Shown here one piece after another: positions 30,938-39,758 of a DNA stretch of 64,000 bases. Both the position numbers and the translations under genes were made by a program. Where the stretch lies: positions 32,001 through 96,000 of the IMG/VR virus record IMGVR_UViG_3300028832_000004. One strand, written 5' to 3'. The notes beneath the pieces were generated by a model that was not told where the DNA came from, ran no database searches, and saw only the letters and a list, made by a program, of their open reading frames with translations. How positions within the stretch are numbered: the first letter of the stretch is position 1; every line of letters begins with the position of its first letter. The stretch comes from a virus. Taxonomy: Duplodnaviria > Caudoviricetes.

Positions 30938-31628
30938 AAGGAACCGGATACTCCACACCGTTGGCCTTGAATGCTGCAATGGCGTCGACGCAAGTGCCGC
31001 ACTTCCCGCATGCCTTTTCGCCTCCGCGATAGCATGACCACGTAAGTTCATACGGTACCTTTAGGCGCAGGCCCTCTTTTACGACGCCTGCCTTATTTAG
31101 CTTAATAAGCGGACGCCAAACGTGAATGTTTCCATATGTGCCGATTGAGATGGCCTTATCCATGGCCTCGGCGAATGGTTCCGAACAATCGGCATACGCT
31201 TGCCCGGCGGCATCGTCCGCATGTGCGCCATAAACAACCACGGCCTTCTGTTTTGGGAACAGCGAGTCCGCATACGCCGTGGCGATGGCCAAAAGCAAGC
31301 CGTTGCGGAACGGAACGTAAGTGCCAACGCGGCCTTCGCCATTTTCGGCAATCTGTTCGGCGTACGACTTATCCGGAATTTCAAGCTTGGAATCCTTCAT
31401 TAGCGAGCACACGTCGCCAGCATACTTCATCACGCACGAGATGTCTTCCTCGATGTGGCGGACGCCGTAATGCTCGGCGACCTTCTTGGCGCACAGCAAT
31501 TCCTTGTCGTGGCGCTGCCCGTAGTAGAGCGTGGCGGTGACAACATTTTCCTTGCCATACTTTTCAATGGCGAGGGCAACGCAGGTGGTGGAATCGACCC
31601 CACCGGAATTCAAAACCAATGCCTTCAT
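30927..31628 (-). CDS. queC: 7-cyano-7-deazaguanine synthase
   Basis: SGGVDST, YGQRH, YVPFRN, YADC and TWSCY..CGKCGTC motifs. Confidence 0.95.
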   Translation of the reverse strand: MKALVLNSGGVDSTTCVALAIEKYGKENVVTATLYYGQRHDKELLCAKKVAEHYGVRHIEEDISCVMKYAGDVCSLMKDSKLEIPDKSYAEQIAENGEGRVGTYVPFRNGLLLAIATAYADSLFPKQKAVVVYGAHADDAAGQAYADCSEPFAEAMDKAISIGTYGNIHVWRPLIKLNKAGVVKEGLRLKVPYELTWSCYRGGEKACGKCGTCVDAIAAFKANGVEYPVPYEK

Positions 31629-31744
31629 ATTTGTCCTTTGATTAAATGATGCGGCCCGGCGTTATTGGGAGCGCAAAATCTCTTAGGGGCCGCCGCCACC
31701 TAATATACGAAATCGCTACAAAAAGGGGAATTTTTACAAAACCA

Positions 31745-31821
31745 GGGTGTCTTTTTCAGTAGATTAATGTATATTTATATCATAAGGGTCCGGGTAGGGT
31801 CCAAATCAAAGGAAGAACATC
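31745..31821 (+). promoter_or_regulatory. Early promoter cassette, copy 4
   Basis: GTGTCTTTTTCA (31747-31758), N11, TATATT; hairpin GGGTCC-GGGTA-GGGTCC with G-U pairs. Confidence 0.85.
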
Positions 31822-32385
31822 ATGGCTGAAATTACATACGAAAACGTCGAATCTTTCTACGGCACGGCCTTTTACGGCAAATCCTCCGGGGATACCATTA
31901 ATATCATCGGCAAGGCAAAAACATCGAATGGCGAGGAGGTTATCCTGCTTGACAATCGCCGCTTTGTCACGGTCAAGGGCTTCAACATGCAGTATATGCC
32001 CAAATCCGAGAAAGAAACCGGGGTCAACATATACCACGCCGTGAAGGCAAAATATGTGGCCGAAATCAAAAAGATCGGGACGATTCTTGATGGGAAGGAC
32101 CTCTTCTCCGGCATTACATTCAAGGCCGGAAAGAAGTATTTTCGCGTGGATACCTTCGGAGGCGCGGTCGATTTTGAAATTCGCGTTACGCCGCTGACCT
32201 ACACGAAAAACGTGGAATGTGATTATAAAAAAGGCATCGTGCGCCATCTCAAGGCAGAATACGACCAAAGAAAAACAAAAAAGCTCCACCGCAAGAATTT
32301 CGAAAAGACGATCGGCGCCTTCAAAAATGAAAAGGATTTCGCGACCAAGTTCTTTGCCAAGTTTGGCTTCTTGGGCCTCGTTTAG
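31822..32385 (+). CDS. Hypothetical early protein
   Basis: Follows the cassette RBS. Confidence 0.7.
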   Translation: MAEITYENVESFYGTAFYGKSSGDTINIIGKAKTSNGEEVILLDNRRFVTVKGFNMQYMPKSEKETGVNIYHAVKAKYVAEIKKIGTILDGKDLFSGITFKAGKKYFRVDTFGGAVDFEIRVTPLTYTKNVECDYKKGIVRHLKAEYDQRKTKKLHRKNFEKTIGAFKNEKDFATKFFAKFGFLGLV

Positions 32386-32433
32386 CACCCGCTATAATTG
32401 ATTATATTTGAAAAAGATTCATTGGAGCAATAT

Positions 32434-32922
32434 ATGCCTAAATTGAAACTTATTGATAGGCGCACGCCGATGGAAAACGCCTTCATCGAAATGATGTCCA
32501 ATAACCTCGGCGATACAGGGCTCCACCCGAAAGTCGGAATCTTCTGGTATTCGCCCGCACATGGATGCTTCGGGGTGGACTACTCATATTACGATGAGGC
32601 GCCGTTCATGCCTAATAGCTTCTTCAGCCAAAAGGCGAATATGAGCAGACGCGTCCATCAAAATTATTGGAAAATCCTAAAACAGCGTAATAAATTGCCT
32701 AAGGAATATGCGGCAATTTCCGACTATACACAGATACCGAGGGGGCGCGTATTCGGGCTTGAGGACGGCACGTTCAGGGTTATGCACGGCAAATGGCTTG
32801 ACCAATACCCCGATGCAAAACAGGATATCTTGGATGAGTTTGAGCTTCCGCCGGAAAAAACAATCTTTGTATACTCCGATCATTGGGATATAGGGCACGG
32901 ATGGGGCGAGGAACTCGCATAA
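32434..32922 (+). CDS. Conserved phage protein with candidate capsid-targeting propeptide
   Basis: MPKLKLI...ME|N N-terminus; VGIFWY and IPRGRV motifs. Confidence 0.6.
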   Translation: MPKLKLIDRRTPMENAFIEMMSNNLGDTGLHPKVGIFWYSPAHGCFGVDYSYYDEAPFMPNSFFSQKANMSRRVHQNYWKILKQRNKLPKEYAAISDYTQIPRGRVFGLEDGTFRVMHGKWLDQYPDAKQDILDEFELPPEKTIFVYSDHWDIGHGWGEELA

Positions 32923-33008
32923 CGCGCAGATATCGCATTCCAATTCAAAAGGCGGGCATTTGCCCGCCTTCTTTGTTTTATGCCTTTATAGCGCTGTTTA
33001 TGCGCAAA

Positions 33009-33773
33009 TTAGAAGGTATCCCAAATGAGCTGGTTGAGCTTGGCGACCGCACAACTAATCATATGCCCGCGGTTGTATCCATAAGCACGGATGAACTCCG
33101 GAACGGATGTAACCGGCTTGATGTAAGTGAAGGAGTCCACCGAATCAAAGTCAATGTAGCGGGCAAGCTTGGAAGTGATCCCGAGGCCGTGAATATGCAC
33201 ATCGCGGGCGCGGGCGTACCAAACGAGCTCGCGCATCAGGCGGGCAACATCATGGCAGTTCGTCAAGCCCGATCCGGCAACGCCACCGATGGCGAAGAAG
33301 CCGCCGGGGCCGACCTGCTGGCAATAATCCGCGAACTTTTGAATCGGGTCAAAGATATGCCAAACGAGGGTAGGTTCCTCTCCGACAAGCTGGATGAGCT
33401 TGTCGCGGAGACGCGCATATTCCTTTTCGCCAACCACGGACTGAATATCCAATTCGAAGAAGTGGGTGAAATACTTGCGATACTTCTTGATGAAAGCCGC
33501 GTAGTCTTCCACATACTTGTCAAGGCTGAATTCGCCCTTGAGCTTCCCCTTCTTGGCTGCCATCATCATAGAGAAGGCGCCGGAGTCAAGCAAGATTTCT
33601 TGTCCCGGTTCGGGACCTGAGTAAAGCTCCAGCGCCTCCTCGACGCGTTCGGGAGATGCCTTGGACAAGTAATAGAACGACACAAGGCAATATTTAAATT
33701 TGTATTTACGGAATGCTTCTTTCGATACGGACGCATGAAGCTTTCCGATGTCAAGACCGGCGTAATACTTCAA
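33009..33773 (-). CDS. dpdA: DpdA-like DNA deazaguanine transglycosylase (TGT fold)
   Basis: LLDSGAFS, ELDI, VWH, AIGG, HIHGLG and DSVDS motifs; folE, queC and queD in the same genome segment. Confidence 0.75.
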   Translation of the reverse strand: MKYYAGLDIGKLHASVSKEAFRKYKFKYCLVSFYYLSKASPERVEEALELYSGPEPGQEILLDSGAFSMMMAAKKGKLKGEFSLDKYVEDYAAFIKKYRKYFTHFFELDIQSVVGEKEYARLRDKLIQLVGEEPTLVWHIFDPIQKFADYCQQVGPGGFFAIGGVAGSGLTNCHDVARLMRELVWYARARDVHIHGLGITSKLARYIDFDSVDSFTYIKPVTSVPEFIRAYGYNRGHMISCAVAKLNQLIWDTF

Positions 33774-33784
33774 AGCGGACCTCC

Positions 33785-34399
33785 TTACACCTTGTCCCAG
33801 CCGATAATATCAAAGTTTCCTTCGTCTTCGGAATTATCGTTAACCGGACCTTCGGATCCATCAACATCCACCGGACATTCCGGTTCGGCGACTGCATTGG
33901 ATTCGCCAACGATTTCGGAAGCGATACCTGCTTCTTGCGGGAGCATGTTACGCTTCTTGAGAATCTTAGGATCGAGCGGGCGGATGTTCTTGATGTCCGT
34001 AATGATGTTCTTCATTTCGGTGAGATACTTGGAGTGAACGCGGCCGCCCATAATTTCCTTCGCAACGGAAGCAAAGTCCAGCTTGCCGAGGGACTGCGTC
34101 ACGTTGTCGATGATGCGGAGTTCGTCTTCAGCCTCCTTGTCAAGGTCGGAAATGATGCACGGAATTTCGGACAAGCCTAGTTTCTGTGCAGCCATGAGGC
34201 GGCCGTGACCGGTAATGACAACATGTTCGGCGTTCACCACAATCGGAATTTGGAAGCCGAAGCATTCAATGGAGTTCGCGATGGAATCCACGTTATCGGC
34301 GTGGGTCTTGTTGTTGTTCTTGTAGGGGTAAATGCACTTTACCGGGAGGTATACGATTTCGAGTTTGTGTTCCATTGTATTCCTTTTGAAAAGATACAT
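33785..34399 (-). CDS. ParB N-terminal-domain protein
   Basis: PYKNN, SIECFGFQIPIVV, ITGHGRLMAAQKLG and RIIDN motifs. Confidence 0.88.
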   Translation of the reverse strand: MYLFKRNTMEHKLEIVYLPVKCIYPYKNNNKTHADNVDSIANSIECFGFQIPIVVNAEHVVITGHGRLMAAQKLGLSEIPCIISDLDKEAEDELRIIDNVTQSLGKLDFASVAKEIMGGRVHSKYLTEMKNIITDIKNIRPLDPKILKKRNMLPQEAGIASEIVGESNAVAEPECPVDVDGSEGPVNDNSEDEGNFDIIGWDKV

Positions 34400-34408
34400 A
34401 AATATACG

Positions 34409-34440
34409 AAAGGAGGCGCCTAGATTTTAGGCGCCTCCTA
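34409..34440 (-). terminator. Terminator ending the ncRNA island
   Basis: AGGAGGCGCCTA/TAGGCGCCTCCT inverted repeat followed by TT and a CGTATATT box. Confidence 0.7.
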
Positions 34441-34658
34441 CACCAGGAAAGAAAATTAGTCCGGATACGACGCGCTGAATTTCACAGACTCAAAGGCTAT
34501 ACAAGACCATATCCGGTCCGCGCAGAATAATTGTGCCCCCTACTAATGACTTGTTTCCAGCCCTCGCGGCCACCGGAGTTCGGATTTCCACCGTATTGAA
34601 CAGGGCTATCTCCAGTCAGGTGGCGGCTGCCCTCATGAGGTATGACTAAATATACGAT

Positions 34659-34771
34659 GCCAGTGACTCGGGGAAGGATCGAACTTCCGAGGATTGCGGC
34701 CCATCACAGTCGCGGCGCCTCTGCTTCCGCGACTCACGGCTTGCCAACCACCGCTCACGCAAACCACTGAC
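34659..34771 (-). ncRNA. tRNA-like RNA with ~12-bp acceptor stem and enlarged anticodon arm
   Basis: T-arm GGAAG-TTCGATC-CTTCC; D-like arm GCGGT-GGTTGGCAA-GCCGT; GTCGCGG/CCGCGAC arm. Confidence 0.6.
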
Positions 34772-34772
34772 A

Positions 34773-35105
34773 TCAAAAAGCGTGTTCGCCCCAATCGGCA
34801 TGCGGATGCTTATGCCTGAATGCTTTGTGCCACGCCTTTCCAAACTTTGATACGTGGAACATTACATTGGTGCCGGGACCCGGCGCTTCCCTGCTTGTCA
34901 TAAGCCCTTTTGCGACCAATGATTCACAAGCGAGAAAGTTATTGTCTTTGATATTGCGGTTGCATCCAAAGAAGTTTCTATAGCCACCGGATCCCCAGCC
35001 ATTATAGATCGGGTAGGAGTCGAAACCCAGGGAGTGTGTCATTACCTTAACTTCTTCGACAGAGCAGGTCACTCCATAAAAACCAAGTCGCAATCCTTTT
35101 GACAT
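34773..35105 (-). CDS. Conserved phage hypothetical protein (wHTH-like)
   Basis: HSLG..YRNFF..LVAKGLM..FHVSKFG pattern. Confidence 0.6.
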   Translation of the reverse strand: MSKGLRLGFYGVTCSVEEVKVMTHSLGFDSYPIYNGWGSGGYRNFFGCNRNIKDNNFLACESLVAKGLMTSREAPGPGTNVMFHVSKFGKAWHKAFRHKHPHADWGEHAF

Positions 35106-35553
35106 TTTGAACCCTCTTAAATGGTATGCGGCAGTTCCGCTCTTACCTGCCCGGTTTCCGCTTTGGGGCGGGCGCCGTTAAGCCTCGGAGTAGAACTGCC
35201 GCTAGGCATTGGCCACTGCTGTTAGCCACCAACTATTATGCGGTAGTTAAGTCCCGTCAGGTGTATCGGACCCTGCGTCGCCCCCATTGCCAAGCGGGGA
35301 ATCTTTCTCGGCCTGTTCATCGCCATGCTTTACTGAACAGGCAACTTCTTGTAGCGACCGGTTGTATGTCTCTTTGCAAGGAGTGAAGGAAACCGGAAAA
35401 CAAAGCTCTCCTCTTTCAAAATGAAAGGTGCTGACAAGGGATTCTAGCTTTATGCCACGCGCGGCTCTTCACCGTCTCAGGGGATTGCTCCCGCACCTCT
35501 TTCAAAAGCGTCGCCTCGAAGATGCATTCCCCGAGACTTCTGCCGTATCCCTA

Positions 35554-35627
35554 AACGCGTTACCGGACTCGAACCAGTGGCTTACCGGGTGTATCCGCCC
35601 GAGCTCTACCAACTGAGCTAAACGTGT
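35554..35627 (-). ncRNA. Aberrant tRNA with 8-nt anticodon loop CGGATACA
   Basis: TAGCTCAGTTGGTAGAGC D-arm and GGTTCGAGTCC T-loop; loop does not fit a 7-nt anticodon. Confidence 0.7.
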
Positions 35628-35742
35628 AGGGGTTTCGACAGCATTTCAAACTTGCGGTGCGCTCTAGCCCGGTGGAGCGATGCGTTCCTCGTAAGGACTG
35701 AGCATCCGGGCGTCACCAAACATAATATACGCCGCAATAAAC

Positions 35743-35967
35743 CTAATGATTCGGATCTACAAGGCGGACAAGATCGCCCACGGTCTTTATACGATCCAGT
35801 TCTGAATCGGAAATGTTGGCGCCGAACTCATCTTCCAAATCTAGTGAAATCATAAGACGCTCATAGTCATCCTCCGAAAAGACAGTTTCAAGATTGGTAT
35901 CCTCGGTGATGTCCGAAATGGCGAGGCGGTCTTCGAGAATGGTCTTAACACGATCAAATGCGGTCAT
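35743..35967 (-). CDS. Acyl-carrier-protein homologue lacking the phosphopantetheine Ser
   Basis: DRVKTIL, LEDEFG.NISD and IKTVGD fit ACP; DSLD is replaced by DDYE. Confidence 0.8.
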   Translation of the reverse strand: MTAFDRVKTILEDRLAISDITEDTNLETVFSEDDYERLMISLDLEDEFGANISDSELDRIKTVGDLVRLVDPNH

Positions 35968-36043
35968 ATACTATTCCTTAAAATAAATCGTTTGCGCGTG
36001 ATGCCCAAGCCTAAGATGAGGCATCACGCCTTCTTTTATGTAG

Positions 36044-36116
36044 GGGCAGGAGCCGGACTCGGACCGGCAACCTAGGAATTAGTATATTCCCTGCTCTACC
36101 ATTGAGCTATCCCGCC
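36044..36116 (-). ncRNA. Aberrant tRNA with 8-nt anticodon loop TATACTAA
   Basis: Acceptor GGCGGGA/TCCTGCC; D-arm GCTC-AATGGTA-GAGC; T-loop GGTCCGAGT. Confidence 0.7.
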
Positions 36117-36119
36117 ATA

Positions 36120-36428
36120 GTCCTTGTGGTTGATAGTCACTTTTCGTTCGGGAGTAGCCGAACGAGCCCTGAAGGATGCCGGGCGCTCCGTCTTCCCACC
36201 CTATTGACGGAACAGAGGGAAACTACTCCACACGGGTAATCAGCCCGTACTACGTAGCCGGTCCTGATGCAGTTTGGCCCTCCACCGAGCACTGCTTAGT
36301 CGGTAGCCGTAGCATCCGACCTACATCAGTCAGTTTTCCGATTTCCTTCAGCCTAATGCGGTCTCCAGCGCTTTGCCTCGGTCCGCTTCGCTTATCACGG
36401 TCACCTTGGCAAAACCTCATCGGGAGGT
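36120..36428 (-). ncRNA. Unassigned ~310-nt structured RNA
   Basis: Nested helices CTGAAGGA/TCCTTCAG, CTGATGTAG/CTGCATCAG, TCCGTC/GACGGA, CGTTCGG/CCGAACG; TATATT box just upstream. Confidence 0.55.
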
Positions 36429-36538
36429 GATTAAATATACATACCAAATGCTCTACACGTTGGCAGGTGCTTCGCCCCGTCTGTGACCTCGGCGTGCAAC
36501 TTGCGTATCGGTATCCCTGTCGAAACCAAGGCACCCCC
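36422..36538 (-). ncRNA. tmRNA-derived fragment without tag ORF or T-arm
   Basis: GGGGGTGCCTTGGTTTCGACAGGG...TGCACGCCGAGG 5' signature; P2 partners CGTGTAG and TTGGTAT. Confidence 0.65.
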
Positions 36539-36544
36539 GATAGT

Positions 36545-36733
36545 TTAAACCTGAACCGGAGCCTGAGCTTCAGCCTTCGGAGCCTTGGCGGCCTTTTCAG
36601 CGGCCCGTTCAGCCTTGCGCTGCTCACGGAGCGGGGTCAATTCGGCGAGAACCTGCGATGTATCTTTTCCACCCTTCTTAAGGGTCGACAGCTTATGTGT
36701 GAGCTTGCGAATCTTCAACTGCAATTCGGTCAT
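36545..36733 (-). CDS. Small basic protein
   Basis: AAGGAG RBS; MTELQLKIRK... Confidence 0.6.
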   Translation of the reverse strand: MTELQLKIRKLTHKLSTLKKGGKDTSQVLAELTPLREQRKAERAAEKAAKAPKAEAQAPVQV

Positions 36734-36885
36734 TTGAAACTCCTTGGTTGATATGCCAATTAAATGTCTTCTGTAATATACGGACAGCTGGACCATTTCG
36801 TCCAGCCGTGAGGTATAAGAAAATTTAAGGACTATACGGTTTCCGCTGCCCTAAATGAAATCCGCCCTCTTTTTTTCGATAAAAC

Positions 36886-36960
36886 GGGGTGTCTTTTTCA
36901 AATAATGGAGCTATATTATATTCATAGCCTGCAGGTAGCGGGCGAAATAAGGAAAGAAAT
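36886..36960 (+). promoter_or_regulatory. Early promoter cassette, copy 5
   Basis: GTGTCTTTTTCA (36889-36900), N11, TATATT; hairpin GCCTGC-AGGTA-GCGGGC. Confidence 0.85.
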
Positions 36961-39124
36961 ATGATCAAGAATTTCAAAAAAGAATTGTACGGCTGGTGCG
37001 CAACCTACGTTGCCACAGTAAAACGCCACTTCGTCTATAGGCTCAAGCATACAGAGGCAAAAGCCTTCAAGGTATTTGTCGAATATAAAGGGCAGACGTT
37101 TGCCAAAACATTCAAGAAAAATGCCATCTGTTGCGTCAAAGGGCATTACCATGTGAACGGCATTATCCTTTGGGCAAAAACCATTATGCCGCGTAATCCG
37201 GGCGATGTTTGGGTGTTCGTCTCGAAAATTCAGGTCAAGTACTAATATGAAAATGCCCCGCCTCAAAACTAGTATGGAACGCCTGCTCTTCGCGATCAAT
37301 CGCTACCACACATTTGATGAGGGAGGTAGCTACCATTGGGCGCAATCAAACCGGGCACGCTCGCTTGACAAGACCAAATGGCATCGCGACCAAGGCATCC
37401 TCATGAAAGTGAAGGCAAACTTTTGGGATAAGGTCGTCAAATACTACGCGGCGAAGATCGAAGGCGCCGATTATCTCATCACACGCTATTTATAAAAGGA
37501 GTCCATCATGAAAAAAGCAACCGAAACTAAATTCAACCCGGATGAAAACGCATTAATTCGGGATCTAATGACGAAACTCTATGACCATGCGGAATGTGCC
37601 GCTTTCAATAAGTCCTCAAGTCGAGTTGTCCTAGGGATTGGTGGTTTCAATAAAAAATTCAAAAAAATCGAAATCATTAAAAATTCGGATGCAGTATTTG
37701 CTGTCGAGGTTGTTACGGGGCACTTTGTAACGTGCTCCATGACATGGAAGGACTCCTTCAAAAATTTGCTTCGCCGTATGGAACTTGAACTGGTTCACCC
37801 CGAATTTCAGGAGGACTAACAATGAAGTCCGTATCTTATGAAACCCTCCGCCGCATTATGGCGGGCCGCATTGCGCAGCGCTACCACGATGCCGCCATCA
37901 AGGCTGTACGCGAACGCTACGTGACACATTAAACAAGGCGGGGAAGGAGACAGTATGATCGCTATACGCCATATTAGAAAAGAACGGAAAGGCCGGAAAA
38001 CCGTAGAAAAGCCCTACGGCGATCCCATCAAATTTTTAGATTTACAGTCGGAAGCAAGCACCTTTGTGCAGAGCTGGAATAGCGGATCGATGCTGTCGAG
38101 AATCACGGCGGAGAATTGGTCCATAGGACAGTTCGCCGAGTGGGTCCGCGAACAACTTGAAAACATCAATAACCGATTGGATAACCATAATTTATAGGAG
38201 GTCCCATGTATTTACTCAGGCGCATCATCGAAAATACCAGCGTCGCCAAGCAAAGCGCCACTATACATGTTACGCAGGTAATCCATCCCGACCTAAACCA
38301 TTTAATTGAATGTGCGACCCGTATCGGGACATGTACAATTCAAGGCGGAATACATAGGGATGTGATTACAAAGACGCCGAATCAGTCAACATATCAAGGC
38401 TGCGTCTTCATGATCAATTCATCGGACCGCTACCATGACGGCGATTCAGGGTCATATGCCCGGCGTATGCGCATTGCCATTTATAATATCGATAAGGGTT
38501 ATAGCCCCGGAATTGAACGGGCCGAGATGTGCAAATATATTATATGCGGAGACCCATGGGACGTAGCCCGCGTATTCAATACAATCAAATAACCGCAAAA
38601 ATGAAATACGGAATTATTCTATCGCAAGAATATGACGAAATGCATGAAAAGGCGGCATCCATGGCCATTATCCAGTTTACGGGGGTCATGGCCATTGCCG
38701 TCATATTCGGCATTATTATAGCAATAATAGCGCTTAAATCCGGCGATTCGGGGAATGGCGCCTCTTACTATAGGCAGGCAGAAAAACCGGCGCAAATGCG
38801 CGTTTACGGCGAAAGAAACCATTTAGATGAAACGGACTATTATCGCGCATTGTGGCTCACAAATACATTTATAGGCGACTAATGGGAAATGAGAAATACA
38901 TAATCGGACCATATGAAAAAGGCAAAATCTACGAATGCTCTTGGTTTGACAGCGGCATGAACGGCTGTACCGGCCGTTTCAAGGCAGTCATGCGCAAAGG
39001 CCGCATTGTATTCAAGGAGTTGGACGCATCCGGGGTACATTCCCCGGATGCGTTTTATTGCATCGGAAAGGCGGAAGATCAATGGCCGCACGAACGCATA
39101 CGCTTCCAACAAATTGAAGACTAG
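36961..39124 (+). other. Operon of about 7-8 small hypothetical early genes
   Basis: Tightly packed + strand ORFs with RBSs (36961, ~37247, 37508, 37955, 38206, ~38601, ~38882). Confidence 0.6.
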
Positions 39125-39151
39125 TGTATATTTGGAAAACAGGAGACTTCT

Positions 39152-39688
39152 ATGGAAAAATTCACCAAAGCACAAATCGAAAAAATCACGCAATACGCCA
39201 AGGAGCATTTCACTGTCGAAAAGGACGCGAAATGGGCGGATTCGTGGGATGTCCTGATGGATGGCTGCTTCATCACGCTTGCCCATAAGGAATTTGAAAA
39301 CGAGGGCTGCGCCTACAACATCCCGGTCGGGGATCCGAAACTGGAACTCGCATTCGAACTGGATGGGGAAGTTCTCCTCCTTGTAGAAAAGGAGATTTCG
39401 AAGGTGGAAGCCTATCGCGACTTTGACAAAACAAGCGACAGCCGCGTTGCCTGCATCGGATTCTCGGAAAAGAATCAGGTGTGGACTGGCTGGTCTCATC
39501 GCGCCTACTGCAGTTTCAAGATCGGGGACGAAATCAAGAAGGGCGACCTTGCCGCGGATTCCGGTTGGAACTCCGAATACGAAAAGGAACACCCCGAAAG
39601 ATGCTTCAATCTCAAGCCCGGTTTCAAATGCGAAACCCTCGATGATTGTCGCAAGGCAGCTATCGCCTACGCGATGGCAGTGGCTTAA
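39152..39688 (+). CDS. Conserved phage hypothetical protein
   Basis: AGGAGA RBS; IGFSEK.Q.W.GWSHRA..F.IGD motif. Confidence 0.65.
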   Translation: MEKFTKAQIEKITQYAKEHFTVEKDAKWADSWDVLMDGCFITLAHKEFENEGCAYNIPVGDPKLELAFELDGEVLLLVEKEISKVEAYRDFDKTSDSRVACIGFSEKNQVWTGWSHRAYCSFKIGDEIKKGDLAADSGWNSEYEKEHPERCFNLKPGFKCETLDDCRKAAIAYAMAVA

Positions 39689-39758
39689 CAATTAAATCCC
39701 TCTATAAGGAAAGCCCCGGAATTGCTTCCGGAGCTTCTTTTATTGAAGGGAGATACGT

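Noticed and set aside
34530-34640. FMN or cobalamin riboswitch (CGGTGGAAATCCG)
   Set aside because: Only one T-loop hairpin matches; the other conserved elements are absent.
35640-35720. HDV-like/theta ribozyme next to a tRNA
   Set aside because: The pseudoknot lacks P3/P1.1 and J4/2 elements, and it lies 5' rather than 3' of the tRNA-like gene.
36044-36116. Amber suppressor tRNA, because CTA occurs in the loop
   Set aside because: CTA is not at positions 34-36 in any register of the 8-nt loop, and U33 is missing.
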